Shown here: piece by piece, positions 20,001-27,437 of the stretch
Position numbering within the stretch: the first letter of the stretch is position 1
Layout of the letters: each line of letters begins with the position of its first letter
DNA from: Allomuricauda sp.
Lineage (GTDB): Bacteria > Bacteroidota > Bacteroidia > Flavobacteriales > Flavobacteriaceae
Direction of reading: 5' to 3'
DNA: 64,000 nt
NCBI GenBank assembly: GCA_002699205.1
Contig: PABT01000040.1
Coordinates: 139,774 to 203,773, forward strand
Notes under the pieces: model-generated
Told to the model about the DNA's origin: nothing
Seen by the model: only the letters and a program-made list of their open reading frames with translations
Databases searched by the model: none
Made by a program: the position numbers and the translations under genes

Positions 20001-20152
20001 AACCAACTGTTGGCATAGTGGTCGGCAAAGAAAAGGTGTATGAGCGCATCATAGGTGGATTCCAAAGTAAAAAAGATGGTTGCCCCATGAAAAATAAGCC
20101 CAAAAACCAGCGCAATTGCCAGTGTTATGTTGGTTTGTTTTTGCATTAACAT
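17057..20152 (-). CDS. GT-C-fold membrane glycosyltransferase (YfhO/PTPS-related type) with large periplasmic C-terminus
   Basis: TYDALIHLFFADHY...WDYRWYTG...GYPPL loop after TM1; about 13 TM helices; C-terminal NTF2-like segment (AENVVKAYYDAL) and FxLYD/Ig-like segments (GKLQNIDNVPADVSIKGTLYN). Confidence 0.72.
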   Translation of the reverse strand: MLMQKQTNITLAIALVFGLIFHGATIFFTLESTYDALIHLFFADHYANSWFEPWDYRWYTGFTVQGYPPLVHQCIALLSYIGGLKFGMFTMALLIIALFITGAYRFALVITANTKIAGYTALLAAFSSMFLETLHIFGQLPSLMGISILLHALPEIYSWIKTGRKFKLLSSLSMIAVTVASHHVTPIFGMIFFIFPLIGLVIMDAAKEAVQINTRITFKVFFQQFKRLFWRIVIFGGGSLVAIVFCILPYWINSKKNPITQVPIPHGSRDNFLEVTSSGLVFFLIPWGILLFILPYFFYRFYSKRLLFFGLSFSMLTLLGTGGTTPLPKMLLGDTAFNILTLDRFTLWATIMSLPIFGEFVYRLVEGDIREQLLKAFKKPLHYVLAGGLGISFIVVAIFTMSLNYFRPSQPQKINMLPIVNFLNQDQHDKWRYLPLGFGDQMAWLSAQTNAMTVDGNYHSARRLPELTTRAIERLENSKFRGVEGIGSLQQFLTVPEKYNLKYIFSNDKFYDPILYFCGWQRLQQLENGIMVWERLNISPLPKVIPKDDVPNFLKLMWGLIPVGTLILAFIINIQVPWYKKLKGHSQKTDDYFLHAPKFNGISKGLSLINGAWAIAVIGIFIFGIYHFYLDNASQISAENVVKAYYDALDFKEFERAHSYLDPDENVDLSQYMLEVSVTDGLLSSYAKLDSMGITVQKKSESSVEMQVDTKWITPLEKVDRSYQHTLVKKKGRWYIKPKKVDADIPPNQLITSNKTQYYNHGRRRITTQQTYHEDILRQPLLEVLSAKLVKYQGSYSIIGKLQNIDNVPADVSIKGTLYNKNNTQLAQYDAKFHAKHKLMPKETTTFRVDFEGIAWSSTKDTLPPTFNPDQFTPISLDEQPVTFDLQCAGNVATTDLYKSVALQEWTLEQDFLKGTLFNYGAQEVTIPQVLTSYYTEEGELLWVEHHFTLDGIRIQRKQSFEITMRDLTNLEIIADGLDNCYVNGMPNSDISNSYFGERNEDLKWEMMKPYTGKGYTYFQIELNNYIGNPK

Positions 20153-20206
20153 CTGTCAGAAAATATAACAGAATAAAGGTCTGAATATTGTTATAAAACC
20201 AATGAA

Positions 20207-20273
20207 CTATTCATCGCTTCGGTTTAACCATTCGTCTACACTTAATTGATTTCCAACTTTTTTGAGCTATTTG
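20207..20273 (+). promoter_or_regulatory. Putative LytTR direct-repeat site (receiver-GT2 gene)
   Basis: TTCATC at 20210 and CCATTCGTCTACAC at 20228 (core 20231, +21); GCTATTTG at 20266 (+35); an exact TAGATTTG also at 20290. Confidence 0.68.
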
Positions 20274-20332
20274 GGACAGCAATGTGGGGTAGATTTGCTT
20301 CAAATATTGTTCAAAAACGTAAACCTTAACCT

Positions 20333-21466
20333 ATGAAAATTTTAGCAATTGATGATCAGCAGTTGATACTGCTTTCTGTACAAAGAAAACTTAAAGAGAT
20401 TGGCTATTTGGTAAAAACGGCCGCCACAGGACAACAAGGCATCGAGATTTATAAAGAATTTACGCCAGATTTGGTAATCATGGACATGAACATGCCTGAG
20501 ATGAATGGATTGGAGGTGATTAGCCAACTTAGAGATATTGACTTGAACACACCTATTATGGTGATGTCAGGTAACAACGATGAAAATGTGATTCTTAATG
20601 GATTTGAATTGGGCATTGTTGATTATATGAAAAAACCCATTGGCCTAGATGAAATGGTGGCCAGGGTGAAACGAACCATTGGACCTCCAATTTTGGAGAA
20701 ACAATCAGTTAAAAAAGAAACCCAAATCATACAAAAGAACTGCGTTGGCGTTGTAATTCCGTGTTATAATGAAGAAGACCGATTGAGTGGCAAGGAGTTT
20801 CAGGATTTTGCGAGGCGTCATCCAGGGTACCACCTATGTTTTGTAAATGACGGCAGTACGGACAATACATTGCAGGTACTTGAAGAAATCAGAAAAGGAA
20901 ACGAAGATAGCATCAGCGTGTACAATTGTGAGCAAAATGGAGGCAAGGCAGAAGCCGTACGACAAGGAATCCTTCACTTGGCAAAAGATGGACAGTTCGA
21001 TTATATGGGGTATTTGGATGCGGACCTTTCTACCGATTTTACTGATTTTGATGAATTGGTACGAACCATTGAAGGTTCAAAGTTTGATATTGTCAGTGGT
21101 TCAAGAATTAGCAGAATGGGTGCTGATATTACTAAGGAATCAGCAAGAAAAATTATTAGTAAAACCATTAACTGGATCATTCAGAAAATTCTTGGAATGC
21201 CTTTCAAGGACACTCAATGTGGTGCCAAAGTAATGCGACCAAGTACTGTGGCATCCGTTTTCGAAACGCCTTTTAAAACGAGATGGTTGTTTGATGTGGA
21301 AATTTTTATCAGAATGCGAAAGATGTATGGGAAAGAAAAAGCGACCGCTTTAATTTGTGAGCAGCCTCTAAAAAGATGGATTCACGCCGATGGTTCAAAA
21401 TTATCCATGAAAGATTCCATAAAAATTATTTGGCAATTGGGACAGTTGTCGATTATGTATAGGTAG
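20333..21466 (+). CDS. Receiver domain fused to GT2 polyprenyl-phosphate glycosyltransferase (DPG/DPM-synthase-like)
   Basis: REC: IDD, IMDMNMP, VMSG, MKKP. GT2: VVIPCYNEE, VNDGSTD, NGGKAEAVRQG, YLDADLS, DTQCGAK, WLFDVE. Confidence 0.9.
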   Translation: MKILAIDDQQLILLSVQRKLKEIGYLVKTAATGQQGIEIYKEFTPDLVIMDMNMPEMNGLEVISQLRDIDLNTPIMVMSGNNDENVILNGFELGIVDYMKKPIGLDEMVARVKRTIGPPILEKQSVKKETQIIQKNCVGVVIPCYNEEDRLSGKEFQDFARRHPGYHLCFVNDGSTDNTLQVLEEIRKGNEDSISVYNCEQNGGKAEAVRQGILHLAKDGQFDYMGYLDADLSTDFTDFDELVRTIEGSKFDIVSGSRISRMGADITKESARKIISKTINWIIQKILGMPFKDTQCGAKVMRPSTVASVFETPFKTRWLFDVEIFIRMRKMYGKEKATALICEQPLKRWIHADGSKLSMKDSIKIIWQLGQLSIMYR

Positions 21467-21603
21467 ATTGGACTATGCGACCATTTAACCCTTTAAAAGA
21501 AGAAAGAGGTCACCCCGACCCTGTCCCTGTTCCTGAAATGGGATGGTTGTTGGGGTAGAACTGGGCCAATGCCGTGTTGGTATTTTTATTGGGTGGGTTC
21601 ACT

Positions 21604-21897
21604 TCAACGTTGTTCCTTTCTTTTTTTTCCGGTGGCGGATAGGTACCTCTTCAATTCCTCTATATCGATAAATTCGTCCGAATTGGTATCTAGGACATCA
21701 AAATCCTCGGCCAATTTTCCCCTAGGGGCTTTGGAGACCTCCTCCCTGACCAATTTTTTATCCTGATCAACATCCAATCGCTCCATTATTTTATCAGGGA
21801 AGGAAGCCTGTCTTTTGCCTGTTTTTTGAATATGCATACCGATGCCGGTGTACAAGGTTACTAGAAAAATTCCTAAGTATATGGTCTTTGATCTCAT
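21604..21897 (-). CDS. Small exported EF-hand protein
   Basis: Signal/TM segment, then LDVDQDKKLVREE and LDTNSDEFIDIEE loops; start taken at MRSKT. Confidence 0.7.
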   Translation of the reverse strand: MRSKTIYLGIFLVTLYTGIGMHIQKTGKRQASFPDKIMERLDVDQDKKLVREEVSKAPRGKLAEDFDVLDTNSDEFIDIEELKRYLSATGKKRKEQR

Positions 21898-21957
21898 GGG
21901 TCGGTCGTTGATTTGATCGTTTGCTTTTGCCTTTTGGGTCAAAAGAAGGTTTACTTG

Positions 21958-22503
21958 TCAATCTTCTATGATTCCAACAACCTCATATGCCCTTGTACCG
22001 TCCACTTGGATTTTTTCGTAGAGGACATTGTTACTCTCATAGTACGTCAATCCGTCCACTTCGACCTTTTCGTAATCTTCGGGAAGCTCATAGATGATGG
22101 TCCCTAATTCAGGATAGACCACTTCATATTCATCACCGTCCTTTTCATAGTAGACCCCCTGAAACATATAATAATTTCTGTTACCGAAAACTACGTTTAC
22201 ATAACCTTGCGGTAGAAATGACAAACGCACTCCGATTTTTGGTGCAACGACAATATATCTGCCATTGTAGTAACGGTAATATCTGTTGTTGGCAAAATAG
22301 AGCTTGGTTCCTTTGTGCAAAATGACCCTCCTTGTATGGGGCAAGGTCCTTACGGCCACCACTTTGGTCCTGGGCCTTTTATAAACTACCTTTACTCTGG
22401 ACACCCTTGCTGGCTTGACCGGTTTTCGGTGTTGTGCATGCCCTTCGTTGGTAGAAACCAATAACACAATGAGTCCCATTAGTATAATTCCAAGTCTTTT
22501 CAT
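21958..22503 (-). CDS. DUF6515-like exported protein
   Basis: Signal peptide; basic N-terminus; repeated YYxxxGxYY...YxVVxP motifs. Confidence 0.7.
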   Translation of the reverse strand: MKRLGIILMGLIVLLVSTNEGHAQHRKPVKPARVSRVKVVYKRPRTKVVAVRTLPHTRRVILHKGTKLYFANNRYYRYYNGRYIVVAPKIGVRLSFLPQGYVNVVFGNRNYYMFQGVYYEKDGDEYEVVYPELGTIIYELPEDYEKVEVDGLTYYESNNVLYEKIQVDGTRAYEVVGIIED

Positions 22504-22731
22504 AATTGTAATTTTTAATAGGATTATAATTCCTTCCTAGGACTCCAATAAGGGGTTTTGGTTTATTTCATTTCGTTTTTTTAACATATGTGGCACGGAC
22601 GAACACTCGATATAGAGGACATTGGTATACCGGAATTTTCATTTCCCCCACTTTTTTACGGTTCAAGAGGTATGGTATTGCCAATAGTTCAGGAACGATC
22701 TTAAAATTATTGGCCCGGGTGATTTTGAGGA

Positions 22732-24270
22732 CTATACATCGCCCACAATAAGTACCGGAAGGGACAGGACAACTTTGGTCCCCTTGGCCATTCCAGTTGT
22801 TTCGTCCTTAAGGTCGATTATTTTTACATGGAAATCATCCTTGAACTTTTTTGAGAAAAATTCCAATCGATCCTTTATGATGGAAAGTCCCAATGATTTG
22901 CCCTTCAATGGATTTTGAAGGTTTCTTAATTGGGATGCCTCTCGGCCAATGCCATTATCCTCAATGGTAATCCGAAGCCGATTGGTGCTTTTTATGGTTT
23001 TGAACCCGATTTCCAATCTTTTTTCTCCTTCTTTGGTAGTTAGGCCATGCCAAATGGAGTTTTCCACGAAGGGTTGGAGCAGCAAGGAGGGAACCAATAC
23101 CTGATCTGGTTTCAAGTTTTCTTCGATTCGGCATATATAGGTGATGTTGTTTTTGAAGCGATCTCCTTCTATTTCGACATACATGTCAATTGTATTGATT
23201 TCTTCTTCCAATGTAATCAGGTCCTTTCGGGAACTTTCCAATATGGCTCGGATGAGTTTGGAAAACCTGCCCAAATAATAAATGGCCTTTTCCTGGTTGT
23301 TTTCTATCAAGTAGGATTTGATGGAGTTCAGGGCGTTGAATATGAAATGGGGGTTCATTTGGCTCCGGAGGGCATCTAAACGAAGTTGGATAAACCTGTT
23401 CTCCATTTTCATGGTGAGCTTTTCCGTCCGTTCTTTTTGTGCCTCCGTACTCAACCCTTCCACCTCTGTTTTGACCTGTAGTAATTCGTCCGACAATGTA
23501 CGGTTGATACTTTCTTTGATCACTTGGTTCTCCTCCAATTGATCAATGTATTTTTTCTGCACAATGGCCTTCTCCCTATAAGCCATTTTTTGCTCCAGAC
23601 CAATGGCGAGCGCAAACAATAGGTTTTCGATCAAAACCCCTAGATAAAAAATAAAAATAACTTCTTTAATGCTTTTTCTCCCAAATGAAAAATAGGTGAT
23701 GGTCAGATAAGAAACAAAAAGAAAGGACATGCCGCTTAGAATATACCATTTGATCATTCGCTCCTCTTTGCTCACGATATAAAAGACCAATGTGAACATG
23801 GCAAGGTTAAGGGGTAGAAAGATATATACATGGAAGTGATCGATCCAATGTGATTGATGGTTGCCCACTTGCATTGCCCATAGCAAAAGATAAATAGGGG
23901 AAATCCCGGTATAGGTCCAATATATCCATTTGACAACATTTGTGTGTTCTTTTTTTAGATGCATAATGTCCAGGATAAAAAAGCAGAACAACATGGATGC
24001 CAACAATTGTGAGGGGTAATGCGTCCAATACATAAATTCCCACCCTGCAGGCGAATAGAAGAAACTGGAGAAGAAAACCCCGTCGATATACTGGAGCAGA
24101 TTGATTCCGTTGATCAATGCGTATAGGCTGTAGAACAGGTAAAATCTTTTTTTGTGCTGGAAGAACTGGATCAAAAAGAAGACAAAAAGATAGAACAGTA
24201 CGGACACTACGAAAAAGCCAAATCCGTTTTGGTTGCTCTCCTTAAAAAACTCTATAATATCCTTTAACAT
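22732..24270 (-). CDS. 7TM LytS-type sensor histidine kinase
   Basis: 7 TM helices (7TMR-DISM-like); LRSQMNPHFIFNALNSI; LLQPFVENSIWHGL; IEDNGIGR. Confidence 0.9.
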   Translation of the reverse strand: MLKDIIEFFKESNQNGFGFFVVSVLFYLFVFFLIQFFQHKKRFYLFYSLYALINGINLLQYIDGVFFSSFFYSPAGWEFMYWTHYPSQLLASMLFCFFILDIMHLKKEHTNVVKWIYWTYTGISPIYLLLWAMQVGNHQSHWIDHFHVYIFLPLNLAMFTLVFYIVSKEERMIKWYILSGMSFLFVSYLTITYFSFGRKSIKEVIFIFYLGVLIENLLFALAIGLEQKMAYREKAIVQKKYIDQLEENQVIKESINRTLSDELLQVKTEVEGLSTEAQKERTEKLTMKMENRFIQLRLDALRSQMNPHFIFNALNSIKSYLIENNQEKAIYYLGRFSKLIRAILESSRKDLITLEEEINTIDMYVEIEGDRFKNNITYICRIEENLKPDQVLVPSLLLQPFVENSIWHGLTTKEGEKRLEIGFKTIKSTNRLRITIEDNGIGREASQLRNLQNPLKGKSLGLSIIKDRLEFFSKKFKDDFHVKIIDLKDETTGMAKGTKVVLSLPVLIVGDV

Positions 24271-24273
24271 AGC

Positions 24274-25011
24274 CTATTGGCTCATTCTTTCCAAAAACGC
24301 GTCTTTTTTGTTTCTGGAAATAGGTATTTTGATTCGATTGGACAAGACAAGGTATCCCTCAGAGCGCAGATACTCGTTTACCTTCATCAAATGTACAATG
24401 TAGGAATTGTGGACCCTGAAAAAAAGTCCGATGGGCAACAGTTCTTCCAAGTCCTTGAGCTTCTTGGATACCATCAGCTGTTCTCCCGATTCCAAAAACA
24501 CTTTGGAGTAATTGCCGTCGGATTCACAATATACAATTTCTTCCACACGAAGGAACAATATCTTCCCACTTGCAGGAATCTTCACAACCTGAGGGGTGCT
24601 TGCTTTGGACAGTGCCTCAAAAGTCTCTTCAAATTGAAGTCGAAAGTGGTGTGTGCCATCCATTTTTTTCAATTTTTCAATAACGCTGGCTATATCATCC
24701 CCGTCCACAGGTTTCAGTAAATAATCAATGGCACTTTCCTTTATGGCTTTTAAGGCATATTGGTTGTAAGCCGTGGTGATGACAACCGCGAAATCCCGAT
24801 ATTCAAGCCTGTCCAGAAGGGAAAAACCGCTCATTTCCGGCATTTCGATATCCAAAAAAACGCAATCTGGCTTGAGGTAGTTGATTCCAGATATTGCTTC
24901 TTTGGGAGACGTAAAGGTTTCTATGATATCAATCACGTCCGGGTATTTTCGCAGTTCCCATGACAAACTGTTTATGGCGGCAATTTCATCGTCCACAATA
25001 ATCGTTCTCAT
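24274..25011 (-). CDS. LytTR-family response regulator
   Basis: VDDE, FLDIEMP, YLLKP, CESDGNYS, FFRVHNSY. Confidence 0.95.
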   Translation of the reverse strand: MRTIIVDDEIAAINSLSWELRKYPDVIDIIETFTSPKEAISGINYLKPDCVFLDIEMPEMSGFSLLDRLEYRDFAVVITTAYNQYALKAIKESAIDYLLKPVDGDDIASVIEKLKKMDGTHHFRLQFEETFEALSKASTPQVVKIPASGKILFLRVEEIVYCESDGNYSKVFLESGEQLMVSKKLKDLEELLPIGLFFRVHNSYIVHLMKVNEYLRSEGYLVLSNRIKIPISRNKKDAFLERMSQ

Positions 25012-25269
25012 CCTAAGGGGTTATTTTTTCCAAAATTAAATATTGATGGCCTGCCACTCCATTACATCATGATACTTGGTATACATTGTTGTGTGTGCTG
25101 CATAGATATCGTATCGTTTGCAATTCCAGTCTAAAGATCACCCTCATACGCCGGTTATACAAAAAAAATGACCGTAGGCGAAACCGATGTAACCTACAAT
25201 AACCAAGTCGGGTCACTTGTGTGGCACGGGCCATTATTTTCGCTCCTCAAAATTTAAAACAACAACAAA

Positions 25270-26049
25270 ATGAAAACAAGTTTTTTCTCATTTAGAGTAC
25301 TGTCCCACATGATATTTCAGGGGCGAAGATTTGATGGCCTTAATGTTAAGCTGTTAAAAAGTCAATTGCTCATGATGTCCATGTTGCTATTGGCAATAGG
25401 TTTTGTTTCCTGTTCTGGTGAAGACGGGGAAATGGGACCCCAAGGTCCCCAGGGAGTTGCCGGTGCCGATGGTGCAGATGGATTGGATGGTGCCGATGGT
25501 ATAAACTGTTGGGACCTCAACGGAAATGGCATCGGGGATATTACCGAAGATGATTCCAATGAAGACATCAATCTGGATGGTGTTGTGGATGCGTTGGACT
25601 GTCAGGGCATGGATGGCCAAGATGGGGTGGATGGCAATGCCAATGTGAAATTGTACAAATACAACCTTGATGTGTTCTATGATTACACCCAACTCATCCT
25701 GGATATGACGGGCTATATCGATGATGACCTTGAAAACTATGCCTATCTTTTCTATATTGACCATAAATCCGGACTGAGATATTCCATCCCTGGAAATTTG
25801 TACAACAACAATTTCTATGCAAGGGTCTATACCAATCTTGAACTTGGAAATTTACATGTCAATTTTTATGATTTGAATGATGATGCCGCCCAGGTCCCCG
25901 GTGGAGAATATACCCATCTGGTCATGGTGGCCATAGAACTTAGCAATACGGCAAAAAACGGTGGAGATCCATTGGCAGAGTTAAAAGCTGCCGGGGTGGA
26001 TACTTCAGACTATAATGCCGTGGCCGCCTACTTTGGTCTGGAGGAATAA
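25270..26049 (+). CDS. Collagen-like lipoprotein (start uncertain)
   Basis: Lipobox FVSC, 10 Gly-X-Y triplets, Cys-bracketed acidic insert, 4 more triplets, globular C-terminus. Confidence 0.8.
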   Translation: MKTSFFSFRVLSHMIFQGRRFDGLNVKLLKSQLLMMSMLLLAIGFVSCSGEDGEMGPQGPQGVAGADGADGLDGADGINCWDLNGNGIGDITEDDSNEDINLDGVVDALDCQGMDGQDGVDGNANVKLYKYNLDVFYDYTQLILDMTGYIDDDLENYAYLFYIDHKSGLRYSIPGNLYNNNFYARVYTNLELGNLHVNFYDLNDDAAQVPGGEYTHLVMVAIELSNTAKNGGDPLAELKAAGVDTSDYNAVAAYFGLEE

Positions 26050-26091
26050 ATAAGTTGCATTTCGCGATAAAAGGCTATCGTCAATACATGG

Positions 26092-26119
26092 AAAAGAGCC
26101 GGGCAACAGCCCGGCTTTT
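26092..26119 (+). terminator. Intrinsic terminator
   Basis: AGCCGGGC-AACA-GCCCGGCT followed by TTT. Confidence 0.8.
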
Positions 26120-26339
26120 GGATTTAAAATCAATGGATATCCATCGATATGGAAAAGATAGAAAAGGACCCTCGATTTGGGCTCTTTCCCATTTTGGAGA
26201 CAATCCGATGTTCTCCCATTTTTCTGAAAGGATTGGATATAAACCCTTGCAGTGAATCTAGGATAATGTAACAATTGGTGACCGGAACCAAAAATCACAG
26301 TATTTTTACGGTATCCATTTTTTGGCCAAAACCAAAACC

Positions 26340-27230
26340 ATGTTCGATTTCAGACTAAAAGTGTTCCAAACCGTTGCCCATCGGCTCAACTTTACCAAGG
26401 CAGCGAGGGAACTCTTTATTACCCAGCCCGCAGTGACCAAGCACATCAAGGAACTGGAGGCCTATTTTGGCCTTAAACTGTTTGATAGGAACGGAAGCCG
26501 TATCAGGCTTACAGCTGCAGGAAGGCGGTTGTTGGGCCATGCGGACCAAGTGTCCAAGCTCTACCGAACCATGGAAATGGACATGGCCGAACTCAAAAAT
26601 GAACATTCCGGGGAACTTTACATTGGGGCAAGCACCACAGCTGCACAATATATATTGCCCCCTATAATGGCTGGGTTCCATCAGCGTTTCCCCAACGTTT
26701 CCATTAGCCTGAAAAGTGGGAATACCGAGGAAATTGAGCAATGTTTGCTCTCTGGGGAAATCGATGTTGGATTCATCGAAGGGCAGAGTAGGAAATCTGG
26801 GATTTCCTATACTACTTTTCTCAAGGATGAGATTGTTCTGGTCTGTAGCGCAAATTCCCCATTGGCCAGGGATTCAGTGGAGCTTTTGGAAATCAAGGAC
26901 ATTCCTCTGGTTCAGCGGGAACAGGGCTCCGGGACCTTGGAGGTGGTCAACCATGCCCTCAAAGACCACGGTATCGACCCCGGGGAGATCAAGGTGTCCA
27001 TGGAACTGAACAGTACCGAGAGCATCAAGGGATATGTGCTCAATTCCCATTGTATGGCTTTTCTGTCCATCCATTCCATACTCAAGGAGCTCGCAGGAAA
27101 TGAACTGTTGGTCGTGGATGTACAGGATCTCGATATTGAACGTTATTTCTATCGGATACAACTTCAGGGCGAGCCAAATACGTTATCAAAACTCTTCATC
27201 AATTTTGCCCATACCTATAACCTGAAGTAA
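26340..27230 (+). CDS. yeiE: LysR regulator, YeiE/CysL type
   Basis: FDFRLKVFQTVAHRLNFTKAARELFITQPAVTKHIKELE; REQGSGT; STESIK; directly upstream of yeiH. Confidence 0.9.
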   Translation: MFDFRLKVFQTVAHRLNFTKAARELFITQPAVTKHIKELEAYFGLKLFDRNGSRIRLTAAGRRLLGHADQVSKLYRTMEMDMAELKNEHSGELYIGASTTAAQYILPPIMAGFHQRFPNVSISLKSGNTEEIEQCLLSGEIDVGFIEGQSRKSGISYTTFLKDEIVLVCSANSPLARDSVELLEIKDIPLVQREQGSGTLEVVNHALKDHGIDPGEIKVSMELNSTESIKGYVLNSHCMAFLSIHSILKELAGNELLVVDVQDLDIERYFYRIQLQGEPNTLSKLFINFAHTYNLK

Positions 27231-27251
27231 TCGTGGATTACCAAAGACAAT
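27217..27251 (+). promoter_or_regulatory. Tandem LysR boxes upstream of yeiH
   Basis: ATAA-N7-TAAT (27217) and ATTA-N7-CAAT (27237), each one mismatch from the CysL-type ATTA-N7-TAAT. Confidence 0.6.
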
Positions 27252-27437
27252 TTCCCTAAGGGAACAGGGTTTCGGAATTTTGCGCAGTAATAATGGCAAT
27301 GGGTTTGGGTATCCACAATTTGTGGAACCAATTCAAACGGAGAGGGATTCCATTTCTGTACCTATTGGACCTGACCATTCCTTGATGGTCGGTACTCTGC
27401 CATATTGATGCGGTCCAAACACCTAAAACCAAAAAAT

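Noticed and set aside
4993-21466. Calling the glycan cluster a pel, pga or bcs operon
   Set aside because: Only architectural analogy: no processive GT2 synthase, deacetylase or c-di-GMP receptor, and it includes GT-C and DPM-like enzymes that those systems lack
21470-21603. Possible integration junction at the compositional change after the REC-GT2 gene
   Set aside because: No tRNA, att-like direct repeat or integrase found
22590-25255. Shared short words (GTGGCACGG, GGGCCA.TA.TTT, TCCTCAAAAT, TTGGTATAC) in the two intergenic regions flanking the 7TM kinase-LytTR pair
   Set aside because: Order and orientation are inconsistent and there is no 21-22-bp periodicity; may be chance
25417-25640. 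DNA tandem repeat or CRISPR-like array
   Set aside because: Periodicity comes from Gly-X-Y codons; no constant repeat-spacer structure here or elsewhere in the window
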